Of a stretch of DNA of 64,000 bases, positions 13,400-27,600 are shown in pieces. The notes beneath the pieces were generated by a model, which was not told the origin of the DNA, did not search any database, and saw nothing but the letters and a program-made list of their open reading frames with translations. Location: contig OX597835.1 of assembly GCA_951406725.2 (NCBI GenBank), forward strand, positions 8,370,001-8,434,000, read 5' to 3'. Made by a program: the position numbers and the translations under genes. The first letter of the stretch is position 1. Every line of letters starts with the position of its first letter. Source of the DNA: Octopus vulgaris. Its lineage: Eukaryota.

Positions 13400-14300
13400 A
13401 AACGCCTTCAGTTACAACGAACAAAAAGAATGACATATGCAAAAGTACATTCGTAACAAAATGATGGGATTGTCATATATGGAGCGCTATTGTTAATATG
13501 TTGGCTGTCGGGTATGAGGTGCTTTATTTCGACGACCCGGATGTGGCAAAGATCCTTCCAGAAACAGGAACAGTGAGTTTTCTGAAAATCCTGCAAGATT
13601 GTGGTTGTATGGAAATTACGTAGAAATTTGAAAGGATCGCGTGTTGGGTTGTAGGGACCAGGGTTAGAGTTTGATTGTTTAGGGAGATGAACACAATATG
13701 GACGGTGAGAGGAAACAATATTAGTAAATCAAGTGGAAATAGTAAACCAACAGAGTGGAGCAAACTGAAGTGAAGAAGCCGTAGGGTGAGGAAACCAAAT
13801 CGTGGGTCATTAAAATCATTAGGGGATTGAGTGAATTCATGCAAACCAATCGGGAGAATTTCATTTAGTTGCGCTCTGGGCCACCTGTATATGTAGTACC
13901 TATTTCTTTATTACCCACAAGGGGCTAAACACAGAGGGGACAAACAAGGACAGACATAGGTATTAAGTCAATTACATTGACCCCAGTGCGTAACTGGTAC
14001 TTAATTAATCGACCCCGAAAGGATGAAAGGCAAAGTCGACCTCGGCGGAATTTGAACTCAGAACGTAACGACAGACGAAATACGGCTACGCATTTCGCCC
14101 GGCGTGCTTAACGTTTCTGCCAGCTCGCCACCTCTACATGTAGTAGCATCGTCATTTCTTTAGTCCGTTGTGCATCACACCACAAACTGTTAAAGGAAGT
14201 ATGCCCTGGTCATGAAGAAGGACAATATTCCTTATGATGCAGAGTATGTTGTTAAGATGAGATTTCTGAAAGGAAATCCGCTGTGATTGGGAAGCAGTAA
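13400..14300 (-). mobile_element. Possible very old LINE (CR1-like) 3' relic, interrupted by SINE B
   Basis: Strand-biased composition and only faint resemblance to CR1 ORF2 C-termini. Confidence 0.3.
13899..14127 (-). mobile_element. Full-length SINE family B with 18-bp TSD
   Basis: Head GGCGAGCTGGCAGAAACGTT, B box GAGTTCAAATTCC; TSD CCACCT(G/C)TA(T/C)ATGTAGTA at 13881-13898 and 14128-14145. Confidence 0.95.
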
Positions 14301-14326
14301 CCGACGGTTTCAGTTGGTTATTGTAT

Positions 14327-14535
14327 CTCTTTACTCTTTTACTCTTTTACTTGTTTCAGTCATTTGACTGCAGCCATGCTGGAGCACCGCCTTTAATCGA
14401 GCAACTCGACCCCGGGACTTATTCTTTTGTAAGCCCAGTACTTATTCTATCGGTTCTCTTTGGCCGAACCGCTAAGTAACGGGGACATAAACAAACCAGC
14501 ATCGGTTGTCAAGCAATGCTAGGGGGACAAACACA

Positions 14536-14609
<74 letters not shown>

Positions 14610-14775
14610 TACGACGGGCTTCTTTCAGTTTCCGTCTATCAAATCCACTCACAAGGCTTTGGTCGGCCCGAGGCTATAGTAGAAGACACTTGCCCAAGGT
14701 GCCACGCAGTGGGACTGAACCCAGAACCATATGGTTCGTAAGCAAGCTACTTACCACACAGCCACTCCTGCGCCT
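14327..14775 (-). mobile_element. Full-length SINE family A
   Basis: Near-identical to 12751-13175. Confidence 0.95.
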
Positions 14776-16058
14776 ATCTGTTTGTGAATGTTTAAAGATT
14801 TTATTGGTGTGTAAGGATTAAGTCTTTGCACAACAAAAACGTACGTCGATAACAGCTGTTGTCACTTATTAAGTACCGTAAAACAGTTCGGAGTTCATAT
14901 TTTACTGGATGCAATTTCGTTGTAATCTAAGAAACAAAGAAACAATCAAACAATCAAGCAAAAAGCTTAAATTCTTTTCCCTAATCAATGTACACTTGCG
15001 TCAGAAATTAATTAGCACTTCTCAAATTTCTACATTAAATAGGTTAAATCAATTAACCTTATGAGCTGTTCAAAACGTCTTACGCGATGAGAAAACTTAG
15101 TACGGTGTGATTTCGGTCCTTGCGAGGCGCTACCTATATCTATTAAACAAAGGAAGATTTGTCTGCATCCGCACTCCAAGTTGTTGTTGCACTGCTATGT
15201 CAACATCATAAGGCTGTAGACTCTCAAACTGCTCTGCAAACAAAGTTACGTCATCGTTCTGCGCAACAGTGAACTCGCAACAAAGCAATAGTTCGAGATA
15301 TGGCCACTAGGTGACAGCACATACCTTGAGTGAAGAGCAAATCAAGGGTGCTAATTAATTTCTGACGGTAGTGTATGTCTTTGTGTCGTTAAAATTCTCA
15401 GAAATCTTTATTCTTCAACCATTGGTGTTGCCTTTCTCTTATTTTACTCCACATCAGTGTTGATTGTAATCAAATTCCTCTGAGCCATCTTCTCTTTATT
15501 CCAAGTTGTGTAGCACACTCATTATACATGTGCTATATTTCTTAAGAAAGTGAGACGTGATTTAAAGAGCGTTTGGCTGCTATTTCTACTAAGCACAATG
15601 ACTCTTTATACGGAATATGTTTCGATTATCTTCTTACCATTAGTACTAGGTCTGCCATGATTAATTCAGCGTAGGATCAACGACAGTCGTTCCAGTTTTG
15701 ACTGTCCTATCCTTCTTTAAATACAAGGAACAAGAGACCAGATTATCAAGTATGTTATTCCATTTGTAAGAAAATAAAATTTTATTACTGCTATTTCTAA
15801 CATCTTCAGTGATCATGAAGAGTATCCTGCGTGGATTTGTCCATTGGTGGTGGGTAGTAGAGATAGTTCATCAAGGTATAATTGACTGGCGGGCTATTTC
15901 GAGGTTTCACAGTCAGAGGGGTAACTAGGGTGAGGAGGGTATTGCCTTTGTAGAAACGGGGGCGTACCAGTAATAAATGCAGGGATGATCTAGATAAATA
16001 TTACGCATTCCTTTTCAGAAGGTGATTCCCTAACGTCATGAGGAAAACTTTATGGCTT

Positions 16059-16443
16059 ACTCTCTTTTACTTGTTTCAATCATTTGACTGCAGCCATGCT
16101 GGAGCACCGCCTTTAGTCGAGCAACTCGAACCCAGGACTTATTCTTTGTAAGCCCAGTACTTATTCTATCGGTCTCTTTTGCCGAACCGCTACGTGACGG
16201 GGACATAAACACACCAGCATCGGTTGTCAAGCAATGCTAGGGGGACAAACACAGACACACAAACATACATGCACATACATATATGTACATATATACGACG
16301 GGTTTCTTTCAGTTTCCGTCTCCCAAATCCACCCACAAGGCTTTGGTCGGCCCGAGGCTATAGTAGAAGACACTTGCCCAAGGTGCCACGCAGTGGGACT
16401 GAACCCCGAACCATGTGATTGGTAAGCAAGCTACAGCCACTCA
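16059..16443 (-). mobile_element. SINE family A with small deletion in the head
   Basis: Same body and tail as the other copies. Confidence 0.93.
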
Positions 16444-18276
16444 TGTAAAATTTCCCGTGGACAACAAAGACTTTGATATAAAAAAACTGCTGGTCCAACT
16501 GGGCAACGTTTTATATCGGGGAACTTGATAACCTTATAATTAATGATGTTAGTGAAGTACATATAGGGAAGAAAAAGACACAGAAAAACACTGTGAGTGT
16601 TGTGCAATTCAGTAGAATTGGCACGAGCTTAGTGTAAAATCTGAGATTGAGAGACAATATGAAAGACAGAGAAAAAAATTGAAATGTTACGACATATTTT
16701 GTAAACCGGGTGAGATGGTTTTAATCATATGTAGTTCAGGCATTGTTGTGGATAGATTGGATTCTTCTGAGAAGTGATTACAGAATTTTGATGTTGAGTA
16801 TTGAATAAGGAAATGATATCACAAATGAACCCGTAATTCTCTGTACCACATAAAGAAAGAAGCGAGTTTTATTACTTATGTGCCCGCCACTAAAATCTGA
16901 AGTCTCTAAATGAATGTTTTTAAGCTAACTGTTTTTCCTATCCAACTCCAAGATAATTCTAACAAGTCAAGTCGCAACTAGACGCATCTCAACGGCGATT
17001 CTGTCTGTACAGAACCAAAAAAAAAAAAAAAAATCCAATTCTACTGAAGCTACTATTGCAATTGTTCACCAGAAACATATTTTTTTGTTGTCCAAATATC
17101 AATATATTAGAGTTGTTTTTTTTTTTCACCCAGCAATTTTAGATCAAAATCGTTTCTATAAAGAACTCAAAATTACGCATAAATAAATATAGAAATCGGA
17201 ATTTAAAAAAAAAAAGTTTAAAAAAGAAAACCAAAAACCCTGCAGCAGCTCTAACTCAGGAATTGTGTAGACTTTCCGCTATTTTTGAAGTTATTTAATT
17301 ATAATTCTACAATTTTCTTTTAAATTTCACAAATAATGTAATAAAATTCGCAACGAGGACATGCAACAAATATAGAAATAACCAAGAAGAACAATAAAAA
17401 AGCAAAACAGTGAATAAATAAAATTATAACTATAAGAACGTGGTCTGTACACTTCTTTCATTTGGTTGAGAATTTTACGTTTGGAATTTCAGGAGAAAAT
17501 ACGACATGAATATGCTGTCACAAATTCATATCAACCATTTTTATTGCATTTATTGCTAATATGGATGAACGATAGATGAAAGAGATGGAAATATTTCATG
17601 ACGGACAACATGAGAATGAGTCTATCTGTGCGTACGTATGAGGCATTTGCGTGAATATGAAAGAAAGAGATAGAAGTGCGTGTTAGCAAAATGACGTTGA
17701 AGTATTTATGAATATAAATTGTGTGTGCGTGTGTGTTTACAAGGAAGTGGTTGACTTTGACTTTGCGGTTTCGTTTCAGCCATTAAATATTTACGAACAC
17801 TTGTACATATATACACGCATACATTCATACACATAAACACAGATACATACTCACGAACATCATGAATAGACATACACATGAACATGTATCCATGCGTAGG
17901 CACACTTCTTTACACGTCCATATATGCGTAGGATTCCATGTTCTATATACACATTTGCGTATATCTATATTATCTTTCCGCCTACACACTTGTATACATC
18001 AAAAATATTTAAAACTGCACACAACCCTAGGCCCATAAATTCATGCACAGGTAGACATCCATATATTAATGAACAAATATATATAGTTGTATAAACCTGT
18101 GTGAGGATGTATGTGCATATATGTGTATATACATATAAGCATATATATATATACATATATACATATAAGCATATATATATATATATACACATACATACAT
18201 ACATACATACATACATACATACATACATACATACATACATACATACATAGATATATATATATATATACATATATAT

Positions 18277-18466
18277 GATAGATTGTTAGCTACAACACAT
18301 ATCTTTTCTCTTCTTGTTTCTCTCCTTGTTCTTTCTGTGTCCCTTTCTGTAGAAGAGCGTAGGCTCGAAAGGTAAAAGACTTTTTCTATTCCTGAGCATT
18401 ATACTAATACATCTCTTTATTTTGTACACTACCCGTCTTCATCTTTTGTTTTTTTCGTAAACTCTG

Positions 18467-18468
<2 letters not shown>
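18277..18468 (+). mobile_element. ~190-bp (TA)n-embedded element carrying a variant hammerhead motif (homologue at 51529-51686)
   Basis: Flanked by (TA)n on both sides; motif CTTT-CTGTAGA-A-GAGC-GTAG-GCTC-GAAA-GG-TA-AAAG at 18343-18379. Confidence 0.7.
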
Positions 18469-18503
<35 letters not shown>

Positions 18504-18707
18504 ATAAGAGCGTTATTTAAATATCGAACATATCAAGAGGCCGGCATCGGAATAAAACACTTCAAAGGAGATAATTTTTATTAAAATTATAATTTAGGTT
18601 ATATTTCCTGGTGCTGTATGAACTTTAAATGTGGTTTTAGGGTCAGGTTTTGACTGCTATTTCAAGCGTGGTGGTATCTCTTAGATACTCTAAATTATAA
18701 TTTTGTA

Positions 18708-18812
<105 letters not shown>

Positions 18813-19024
18813 ACATGCGTAAACACACAGTAATATGTATGTATGCATCTATGTATATATGCGGGCATGTGCACACACGTACATACACGTGCGCGCGCGC
18901 GCACACATACACACACATTTGACATCGTTTTTCCGAAAGAAATTTCTGCAAATATATACAGCATATGAAATTTTTGGAGTAATGAATACCTATAAATTTA
19001 ATGTCCGCATTCGTACGTATACGA

Positions 19025-19555
19025 ACATGCATGCATACATGCATGCACACATACATACATACATACATACATACATACATACATACATACATACGTGCAT
19101 ACATAGATACATACGTACATACATACCTACATACATACATGCATACATGCATACATACATGTATACATACATGCATACATACATGCATACATGCATACAT
19201 ACACGCATACATGCATACATACATACATTCATACATACATACATACATGCATATACACATACATGCATACATACATGCATGCACACATACATACGTACAT
19301 ACATACATGCATGCACACATACATACGTACATACATACATACATGCATACATACATACATACATACATACCTAAATAGATACATACATACATACATACAT
19401 ACATACATACATACATACATGCATACATACATGTATACATACATACTTACATACATACATGCACACATACATACATACATATATACATACATACATACAT
19501 GCATGCATACATACATGCATGCACACATACATACATACACACACATGCACACATA
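19025..19555. repeat. Degenerate (CATA)n microsatellite
   Basis: Directly visible. Confidence 0.97.
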
Positions 19556-20572
19556 TAACTGCGTGTGTGTATATGTGTGTGTTTATATGTGTATTAAATC
19601 AAATATGCTTGCATGTACATATATGCACATAAGACAAAATCCTATGCATAAATTAACTCTAAACACACAATCACGCACATATCCACATAAATATATACGC
19701 ACATATATACACGCATTCCTTTAATAACGCAATTATTTTTCAGGAAGTACTAGGTTTTTAACAGCAATCTTTATTCAGTTATATGTGTCCAACCAATTAT
19801 GAAACTGAGTTTCTGAATGAATTATAAAACAAGAATTTCTTTCGAAAATAGCAAAATATGTCAATTTGTTGGTTTTACAGAACTGACTGCATCAACATTT
19901 CACTAATGTTTTCCCGTGCAAACATCGATTTGTTTATTTTCCTTTTCAATGTCTTTCTTCCTTTCCTCGCATGTGTTTCTCATTTAGATTCATATTCTGA
20001 GTGCTTACGACTCCTTTTTCCTCCCACCCCACTGAAGTCAATATGACGGCGATCTCCGCCATTTCTAAATCATCGAAATATGACGCTTCTTCTTTCCAAC
20101 TTTATTTCCCTTTAATACTCTATCTATCTCTCTCTCTCTCTCTCTCTCAAACACACACACATAATAAATACACACTCTTGCACACACACACACACATACA
20201 CAAACACACACACATATGCACACTTATATTAATGATATTAAATGCGATTCGACGATTCCTATGCAAGGGTCCTCGCCAATTCTCAGACCTATAATACAAA
20301 CTACTGCATTAATATCAATGACATTCATAAATTGTTTCCAATGACATCGAGGGACTCTAGTATTGATTGCCAAATATGAAGTATATATTTTGGGTTAGTT
20401 TAAAATACACAAAGGATTTTATCTTCCCGTTTTCGCTGACAAAGTGTCGTACATTCTCTATTAACCTAGAAAAAATTCATAAATTGTTAATCTTTATGGT
20501 TTTAAACTTTAACCAATCCAATGAACAATAAATCGCTCCAAAAATCAATATGAACATCAAATAAATTTTACA

Positions 20573-21001
20573 GCAGGAGTGGCTGTGTGGTAAGTAGCTT
20601 GCTAACCAACCACATGGTTCCGGGTTCAGTCCCACTGCGTGGCATCTTGGGCAAGTGTCTTCTGCTATAGCCCCGGGCCGACCAATGCCTTGTGAGTGGA
20701 TTTGGTAGACGGAAACTGAAAGAAGCCCGTCGTATATATGTATATATGTATATATATAAGTGTGTGTGTATATATGTTTGTGTGTCTGTGTTTGTCCTCC
20801 TAGCACTGCTTGACAACCGATGCTGGTGTGTTTACGTCCCCGTCCCTTAGCGGTTCGGCAAAAAGAGACCGATAGAATAAGTACTGGGCTTACAAAAATA
20901 ATAAGTCCCCCGGGGTCGATTTGCTCGATTAAAGGCGGTGCTCCAGCATGGCCGCAGTCAAATGACTGAAACAAGTAAAAGAGTAAAAGAGTAAAGAGAG
21001 T
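20573..21001 (+). mobile_element. Full-length SINE family A
   Basis: Head at 20573; tail GTAAAAGAGTAAAAGAGTAAAGAGAG. Confidence 0.95.
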
Positions 21002-21089
21002 ATCATAACAAAACTGATACGTATTCTACTCTTCGCTCACACCATTTCGATCCATACAACTCCTTGATTTATTTAGCTATCTTTCTCGG

Positions 21090-21245
21090 AACATCGACCC
21101 CAGTGCGTAACTGGTACTTATTTAATCGACCCCGAAAGGATGAAAGGCACAGTCGACCTCGGCGGAATTTGAACTCAGAACGTAGCGGCAGACAAAATAC
21201 CACTGAGCATTTTGCCTGGCGTGCTAACGTTTCTGCCAGCTCACT
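21090..21245 (-). mobile_element. SINE family B, lacking the 3' tail
   Basis: Head and central domain match 13899-14127. Confidence 0.9.
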
Positions 21246-21717
21246 GCTTTATTGTGCGGATGCACAAATACTGCTATTCCGTTCATCATACCAGGGATTT
21301 TCTTCTATCCATTATTGTTCCTTCTATTTCAACCACAGAATATAATGTTTTATTGACCTAAAACTCGGTACTGAAGCGATGATTGTATTCATCAAAATTT
21401 TATCCCTTGCCAGAAAATATACTCTATAATGCGACGACGACATTTCGGAAAAAAACCGTTAACATTCGCCGTCCTTATATGACACTGATAATTACGTAAA
21501 TAGTTGTTGTATATCATCACAAAAATATTTACAATTCCTTGGTATGGAACTGAGACATGAGCACCATCAGCAAGGCATTTTATATTTAAAGATATGATTA
21601 TTTACTGAATTACACGTGAAACAATTGTAATACATTGGAAATAGACGGCTTAGTCTCTTCCATAATACATTATGATGAACAATTGCTGATTCATGCCAGT
21701 ATTCTATATGCTAGAAG

Positions 21718-22104
21718 TGGAGGCGCAATGGCCCAGTGGTTAGGGCAGCGGACTTGTGGTCGTAGGATCGCAGTTTCTATTCCCAGACCGGGCGTTGTGA
21801 GTGTTTATTGAGCGAAAACACCTAAAGCTCCACGAGGCTCCGGCACGGGATGGTGGTGATCCTTGCTGTACTCTTTCACCACAACTTTCTCTCACTCTTA
21901 CTTCCTGTTTCTGTTGAACCTGTATTTCAAAGGGCCGGCCTTGTCACTCTCTGTGTCACGCTGAATATCCCCGAGAACTACGTTAAGGGTACACGTGTCT
22001 GTGGAGTGCTCAGCCACTTACACGTTAATTTCACGAGCAGGCTGTTCCGTTGATTCGGATCAACCGGAACCCTCGTCGTCGTAACCGACGGAGTGCTTCC
22101 ACCA
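21718..22104 (+). mobile_element. Full-length tRNA-derived SINE family C with 14-bp TSD
   Basis: Head GGCGCAATGGCCCAGTGGTTAGGG; TSD CTATATGCTAGAAG at 21704-21717 and 22105-22118; second copy at 36790-37171. Confidence 0.95.
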
Positions 22105-23315
22105 CTATATGCTAGAAGATTTCTCATGGTCAGACATGAACATTTACATCTTTGACTTCTGTAAAATTGTTATCAGTGTTCCTTCCACTGTATGAATGTT
22201 CAATAATGTATAAAATCCAAACAAACGAACGCTCTTGAAGACATTCTTTAAATTACTTCTGTAAAGTCGCCATACAAAAGAACCTTAATAAATCTGCTAA
22301 CTCTCTGAATGTGAAATTAGAAAATCGCCAGTTCGATATTTAAGTGTCAGATCACGCCATTTTTTCACTGAAATTATCTTAAGTACAGTAATACGCACTG
22401 TATTTCTTCTCTCTGTTTTAATCCAAGGCAGTCGTTTGAGCTTATTGTCTGTCATTTTAGTGACTTTCCCTGCCTGCGATACCCTAAACTCTACCTTAAC
22501 ATATCTGTTAAAAGTTTCATAATTTCAATTCATTACCTCATTTTCCCATTTCGGTTAAAGAGATTTTAGAATTTCACTCATACAAAACTAATTAACAAAA
22601 CTAAAATGATATTTCTTTAAATTGTTTTCTGTACTGTTTATTCTTCGTGAAAATATATTTCAATCGAATATCTGGTTCATTAAATATTTCTAAAGTTACA
22701 ATTCATTATCCTTGTTCTTGTTCTAATTAATAATAATTAAGCTGAATTGATTTCGCCATCGTATCTACTTTCTGGAGTGTTATCGTCATTTTAATTAATT
22801 ACTTTCTTAACGAACTCTAAATTCCATGCACATTTACGTCGTTAAACTCTAGGTGAATGTAATCCTTTAAATAAATGTCTTCTGTTCTATTCAACCGTTC
22901 GGTGAGACCTGTATTCTTAATTGAATATATTAAAACCGATTTATATCATTTACAGATTGTCCTAGACGTACAAAACGTTACATCCCTTAACATTCTGCAA
23001 CAAATGGATACTCAGCAAAACTTGGATTTCCATTCAATTTTTTTGTTATAATGGCAATCCTAGTAAGGTCATTTTACTTTTCAAATTTATCTTCTCAATA
23101 AATAAAATTCATTCTTCATGCTCCAATATGACAACAAAAAGTTTTGTTTGAATTCTTGCTTCCCGTTGTTCTCCTCTCCTTTTCTACGTTGCACAGCTAC
23201 CTTCCTTTTCTGTCTCCATAAGGATCCATATTTACAGATACCTCTTTGTTACATTTTACTTGGAAAATTTAGTTTTGAGTGAAACTTGTTACATCCTGAA
23301 AGCATTCATTTATAA

Positions 23316-23325
23316 TGTCTGTCTG

Positions 23326-23409
<84 letters not shown>

Positions 23410-23410
23410 C

Positions 23411-23485
<75 letters not shown>

Positions 23486-23490
23486 CCTAC

Positions 23491-23541
<51 letters not shown>

Positions 23542-23542
23542 C

Positions 23543-23604
<62 letters not shown>

Positions 23605-23670
23605 GTCTGTCTGTCTGTTTGTCTATCTATCTATCTATCTACCTATCTATCTGTCTATCTGTATGACTAT

Positions 23671-23723
<53 letters not shown>
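23316..23723. repeat. (TCTA)n microsatellite
   Basis: Directly visible. Confidence 0.98.
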
Positions 23724-23724
<1 letters not shown>

Positions 23725-24057
23725 CACCCACACACAGTGCGCGCACGCACATACACCTGTACCTAATGAGCATTCAAGCGTTGATTTATTTGAAAGAACT
23801 AGGCGTGCAGAAACCAATGCAAGTCATGCGGTATAATGCGTATTCAAACCGAATTTTTTTCAACAGACTAAAATTGCAGCTCTGTGTGACAATTAAACAA
23901 GGTGTGTTCACAATTCTGTGGTTCTAGCTTGATATCCGTTGGTGGGAATGACTCACCTTTTTTTGTGTATGTCGGGTGCTTTGTTATTTAGCACCTATTA
24001 ATTTGCTGGGTAGCAGCTTAGTGGCTCTTGAGTAAAAACGGCCTAAAACTACTAGAT

Positions 24058-24395
<338 letters not shown>

Positions 24396-25410
24396 GATGT
24401 GTGGTATGGGAGTATTTATATTGTGTGCTACTTTATCATACTTCTATCTACCCTTCTCATATTCATGTGTAATTTTCCTTCTAGAACATTCATCAAGTCG
24501 ATAAGTCGTCTTTGAATTTCAAGCAATGTGATTACCTGGTTGGTTCATCTCCCCTGCATGGCCACCAACCACACTATCAGGGTTCACTGTATTACGTTCC
24601 TGGTCCTCATCCTTAACAGCCCCATCACCATTTCCCTCTTCCTCTTGTCTACTCTTCTCCCTGCTTTCAACTCCTTCCTCTCTGTTTTCAACTCCGATCA
24701 TCATCCTTTGTAGCCCATCTGCTGTGTCTCTCAGACCCTCATTAATCCGAGATATTTCTACCCCAGTTAAGTAACCCTTCCTCCTAATCACTCTCACTTG
24801 CTTCATTAGTTTATTTTCTGACACTGGACACATGTCCTCTTCCATCCAAAATATAGGTCCGCCTACTCCACGAATTCTTTCCAGTTTTGCTCTTTCATGA
24901 CATTCAATAAGTGTATCGTATTCTTCCTTCGTTCACTTATACCTATTTCTTTATTACCCACAAGGGGCTAAACATAGAGAGGACAAACAAGGACAGACAT
25001 AGGTATTAAGTCGATTACATCGACCCCAGTGCGTAACTGGTACTTAATTTATCGGCTCCGAAAGGATGAAAAGCAAAGTCGACCTCGGCGGAATTTGAAC
25101 TCAGAACGTAACGGCAGACGAAATACCGCTAGGCATTTCGCCCGGTGTGCTAACGTTTCTACCAGCTCGCCGCATGTCCACTTATACCTGTTTTGCGCAC
25201 ACCATATATGTGACCTGTTGTGATATAACGACCGTCCGAGGCCATATCATTGCCCCTGATGCGGTAGGTTTCGGACGTGCCGGGTGGGAAACCTTCACCA
25301 TGATCGGCTATAGCTCCCTTCTCGCTGTTAATTCTTTCCTTCTTGTGTTGCATCATGATTTCAGGAGTCGTTCGTGGGGTTCCTACGACAGTAGTTATTG
25401 AGCTCCCATC
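24396..25410 (-). mobile_element. R4/Dong-type retrotransposon 5' portion (N-terminal domain), interrupted by SINE B
   Basis: After removing the SINE it reads RYKWTKEEYDTLIECHE...FWMEEDMCPVSENKLMKQVRVIRRKGYLTGVEISRI, resembling the R4/Dong N-terminal RxKWTxEE...EQRLxDQxRxIxKxGWLSxxE motif; abuts (AAT)n. Confidence 0.75.
24944..25173 (-). mobile_element. Full-length SINE family B with ~14-bp TSD
   Basis: TSD GT(T/C)CACTTATACCT on both sides. Confidence 0.95.
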
Positions 25411-25553
25411 TCTCCCTTTCTCTCTTTATTTGTATATACACGTGCACATGTATATACACACACACATATAAATAACGTGCTTGCATTGTGTCGCCTACAT
25501 AACCACAGTTTACAAAGTCTAGGCAGGTATCTTCAGCTAGCAGGCCAGGCTAC

Positions 25554-25596
25554 TCCAGACTGATGACGAGCAAAAACTCAGAAACATGTCTCTGGA
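25554..25596 (+). ncRNA. Minimal type I hammerhead ribozyme motif
   Basis: TCCAGA-CTGATGA-C-GAG-CAAAAA-CTC-A-GAAA-CATG-TC-TCTGGA: perfect 6-bp stem I, intact core and palindromic CATG in stem III; C:A mismatch at the base of stem II. Confidence 0.75.
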
Positions 25597-26020
25597 TGCA
25601 GGCTTAGCTGGATGGAGGTGCTTGTCTCCCCTTTGTAAACATAAGGACACAGGAAATGTGTCAAGACCGACAGGAAGCGTTGAGGCATTCATGCTTTCTA
25701 CAGTCTATCGGTTGTTTTGTTAGCTATTCAAAAATTACACATCAACTATTTCAGTGTTATGTCCGTACTTATCCCTATACTACTGCTATAAATATATCAG
25801 CCTGGTCCAGTGCGTCGCACAACAGGATCTGTGACACTTCACCAAGCGGAGTCGTATCACTTGCCAGTGATAAACACTAATATCTCTACTTAATTCTGCG
25901 TGCAGGCACATGTGCGCCAATTACGCATGCGCACGCGTGCTTGTGTGTGCGTGTGCGTTTGTGCATGATGTATAGTACATCCATATCTAACGGCTATAGC
26001 TAATACATTTTTCGGTATAT

Positions 26021-26248
26021 CTATTTCTTTATTACCCACAAGGGGCTAAACACAGAGGGAACAAACAAGGACAGACATAGGTATTAAGTCGATTACATCG
26101 ACCCCCAGTTCGTAACTGGTACTTAATTTATCGACCCCGAAAGGATGAAAGGCAAAGTCGACCTCGGCGGAATTTGAACTCACAACGTAACGCAGACGAA
26201 ATACCACTAAGCATTTCGCTCGGCGTGCTAACGTTTCTGCCAGCTCGG
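26021..26248 (-). mobile_element. Full-length SINE family B
   Basis: Matches the other B copies end to end. Confidence 0.95.
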
Positions 26249-26270
26249 ATATCGTGTATGTGTTTCTTTT

Positions 26271-26351
<81 letters not shown>

Positions 26352-26355
26352 TTAA

Positions 26356-26439
<84 letters not shown>

Positions 26440-27207
26440 ATCATAATATATTTGGGGCAGAATGTTTACATTTATAAATACATACACAGGTGGATGGATG
26501 GGGTTTATTCCCTCTGTTTTGGCAGATTCAGTCGTACGATACCTGAATTGCCTATCGTTGAATGAGCCGACACTTGTACCGCACAATCAGTATGGAATAG
26601 CGTGCGGCAACAAAACTATAAGTTTAAAATTTCAGTTAGCTCTGAACCGACAGGCTGCTTTTTACACTTTTTCCTCTGCGCAATATTCCTCTCATTGTAT
26701 GTGTCAACCCATTGCTTTATAAAAAGAAACTTGCCCAGTACCCCACACTGTAAAATCGAACACCGTTGCTGCAACAGAAACTACTTGCCTATTACGCCAG
26801 ACATAGATACACACTTCTGGGCAAAAAGAATCTTCGAAGAACTTTCTCAGCGTTTCTAATTAAGAAAACTAACTCTAGATATTAGATATTCTTTACTATA
26901 CCTCAATGTGAAGATGATGGACAAACAATTTTTCTATAACTCTGGCCAGAACGCTTTAATGTTGTCGTAATTAGATTTTAGCGAACCCACTGTAAAACGC
27001 CTCCGTGTGACTGGCTGTTAGTGGGCGACGAATGGTACCAGTTGCAGCTCTCTTAGGTCATTATATTTAACTATCTTCCTACACGTCGACTAAATTATGG
27101 AACCAAAACTGACTTATTGTCTCTCGTCTCCTCACTGCTTGTTTACTCATATCAGGTATGCAGTATCCTGTGCTACATCAGCATTATCAACACGTGGACG
27201 CACATCC

Positions 27208-27526
27208 ATACACACACACACACAATCGCATACACATACGCACACAATCGCACATACATACGCACACAATCGCGCACACACACACACGCACACACAATCG
27301 CACACACATACGCACACAATCGCACACACACACACACACCCGCACACAATCGCACACACATACGCACACAATCGCACATACACACACACACACATAATCG
27401 CACACACATACGCACACAATCGCACACACATACGCACACAATCGCACACACACACACGCACACAATCGCACACACACACAGAGTCGCACACACGCACACA
27501 CTCACACACACATACGCACACAATCG

Positions 27527-27559
<33 letters not shown>

Positions 27560-27600
27560 AATCGCACACACACACACACACATACACGCACACACACACA
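27208..27600. repeat. CA-rich minisatellite (CACACAATCGCACACACATACG-like unit)
   Basis: CACAATCG recurs roughly every 20-30 bp with variable (CA)n spacers. Confidence 0.93.

Noticed and set aside
21718-21790. tRNA genes at SINE heads
   Set aside because: A and B boxes are present, but the heads continue into SINE bodies with TSDs and lack a complete cloverleaf.
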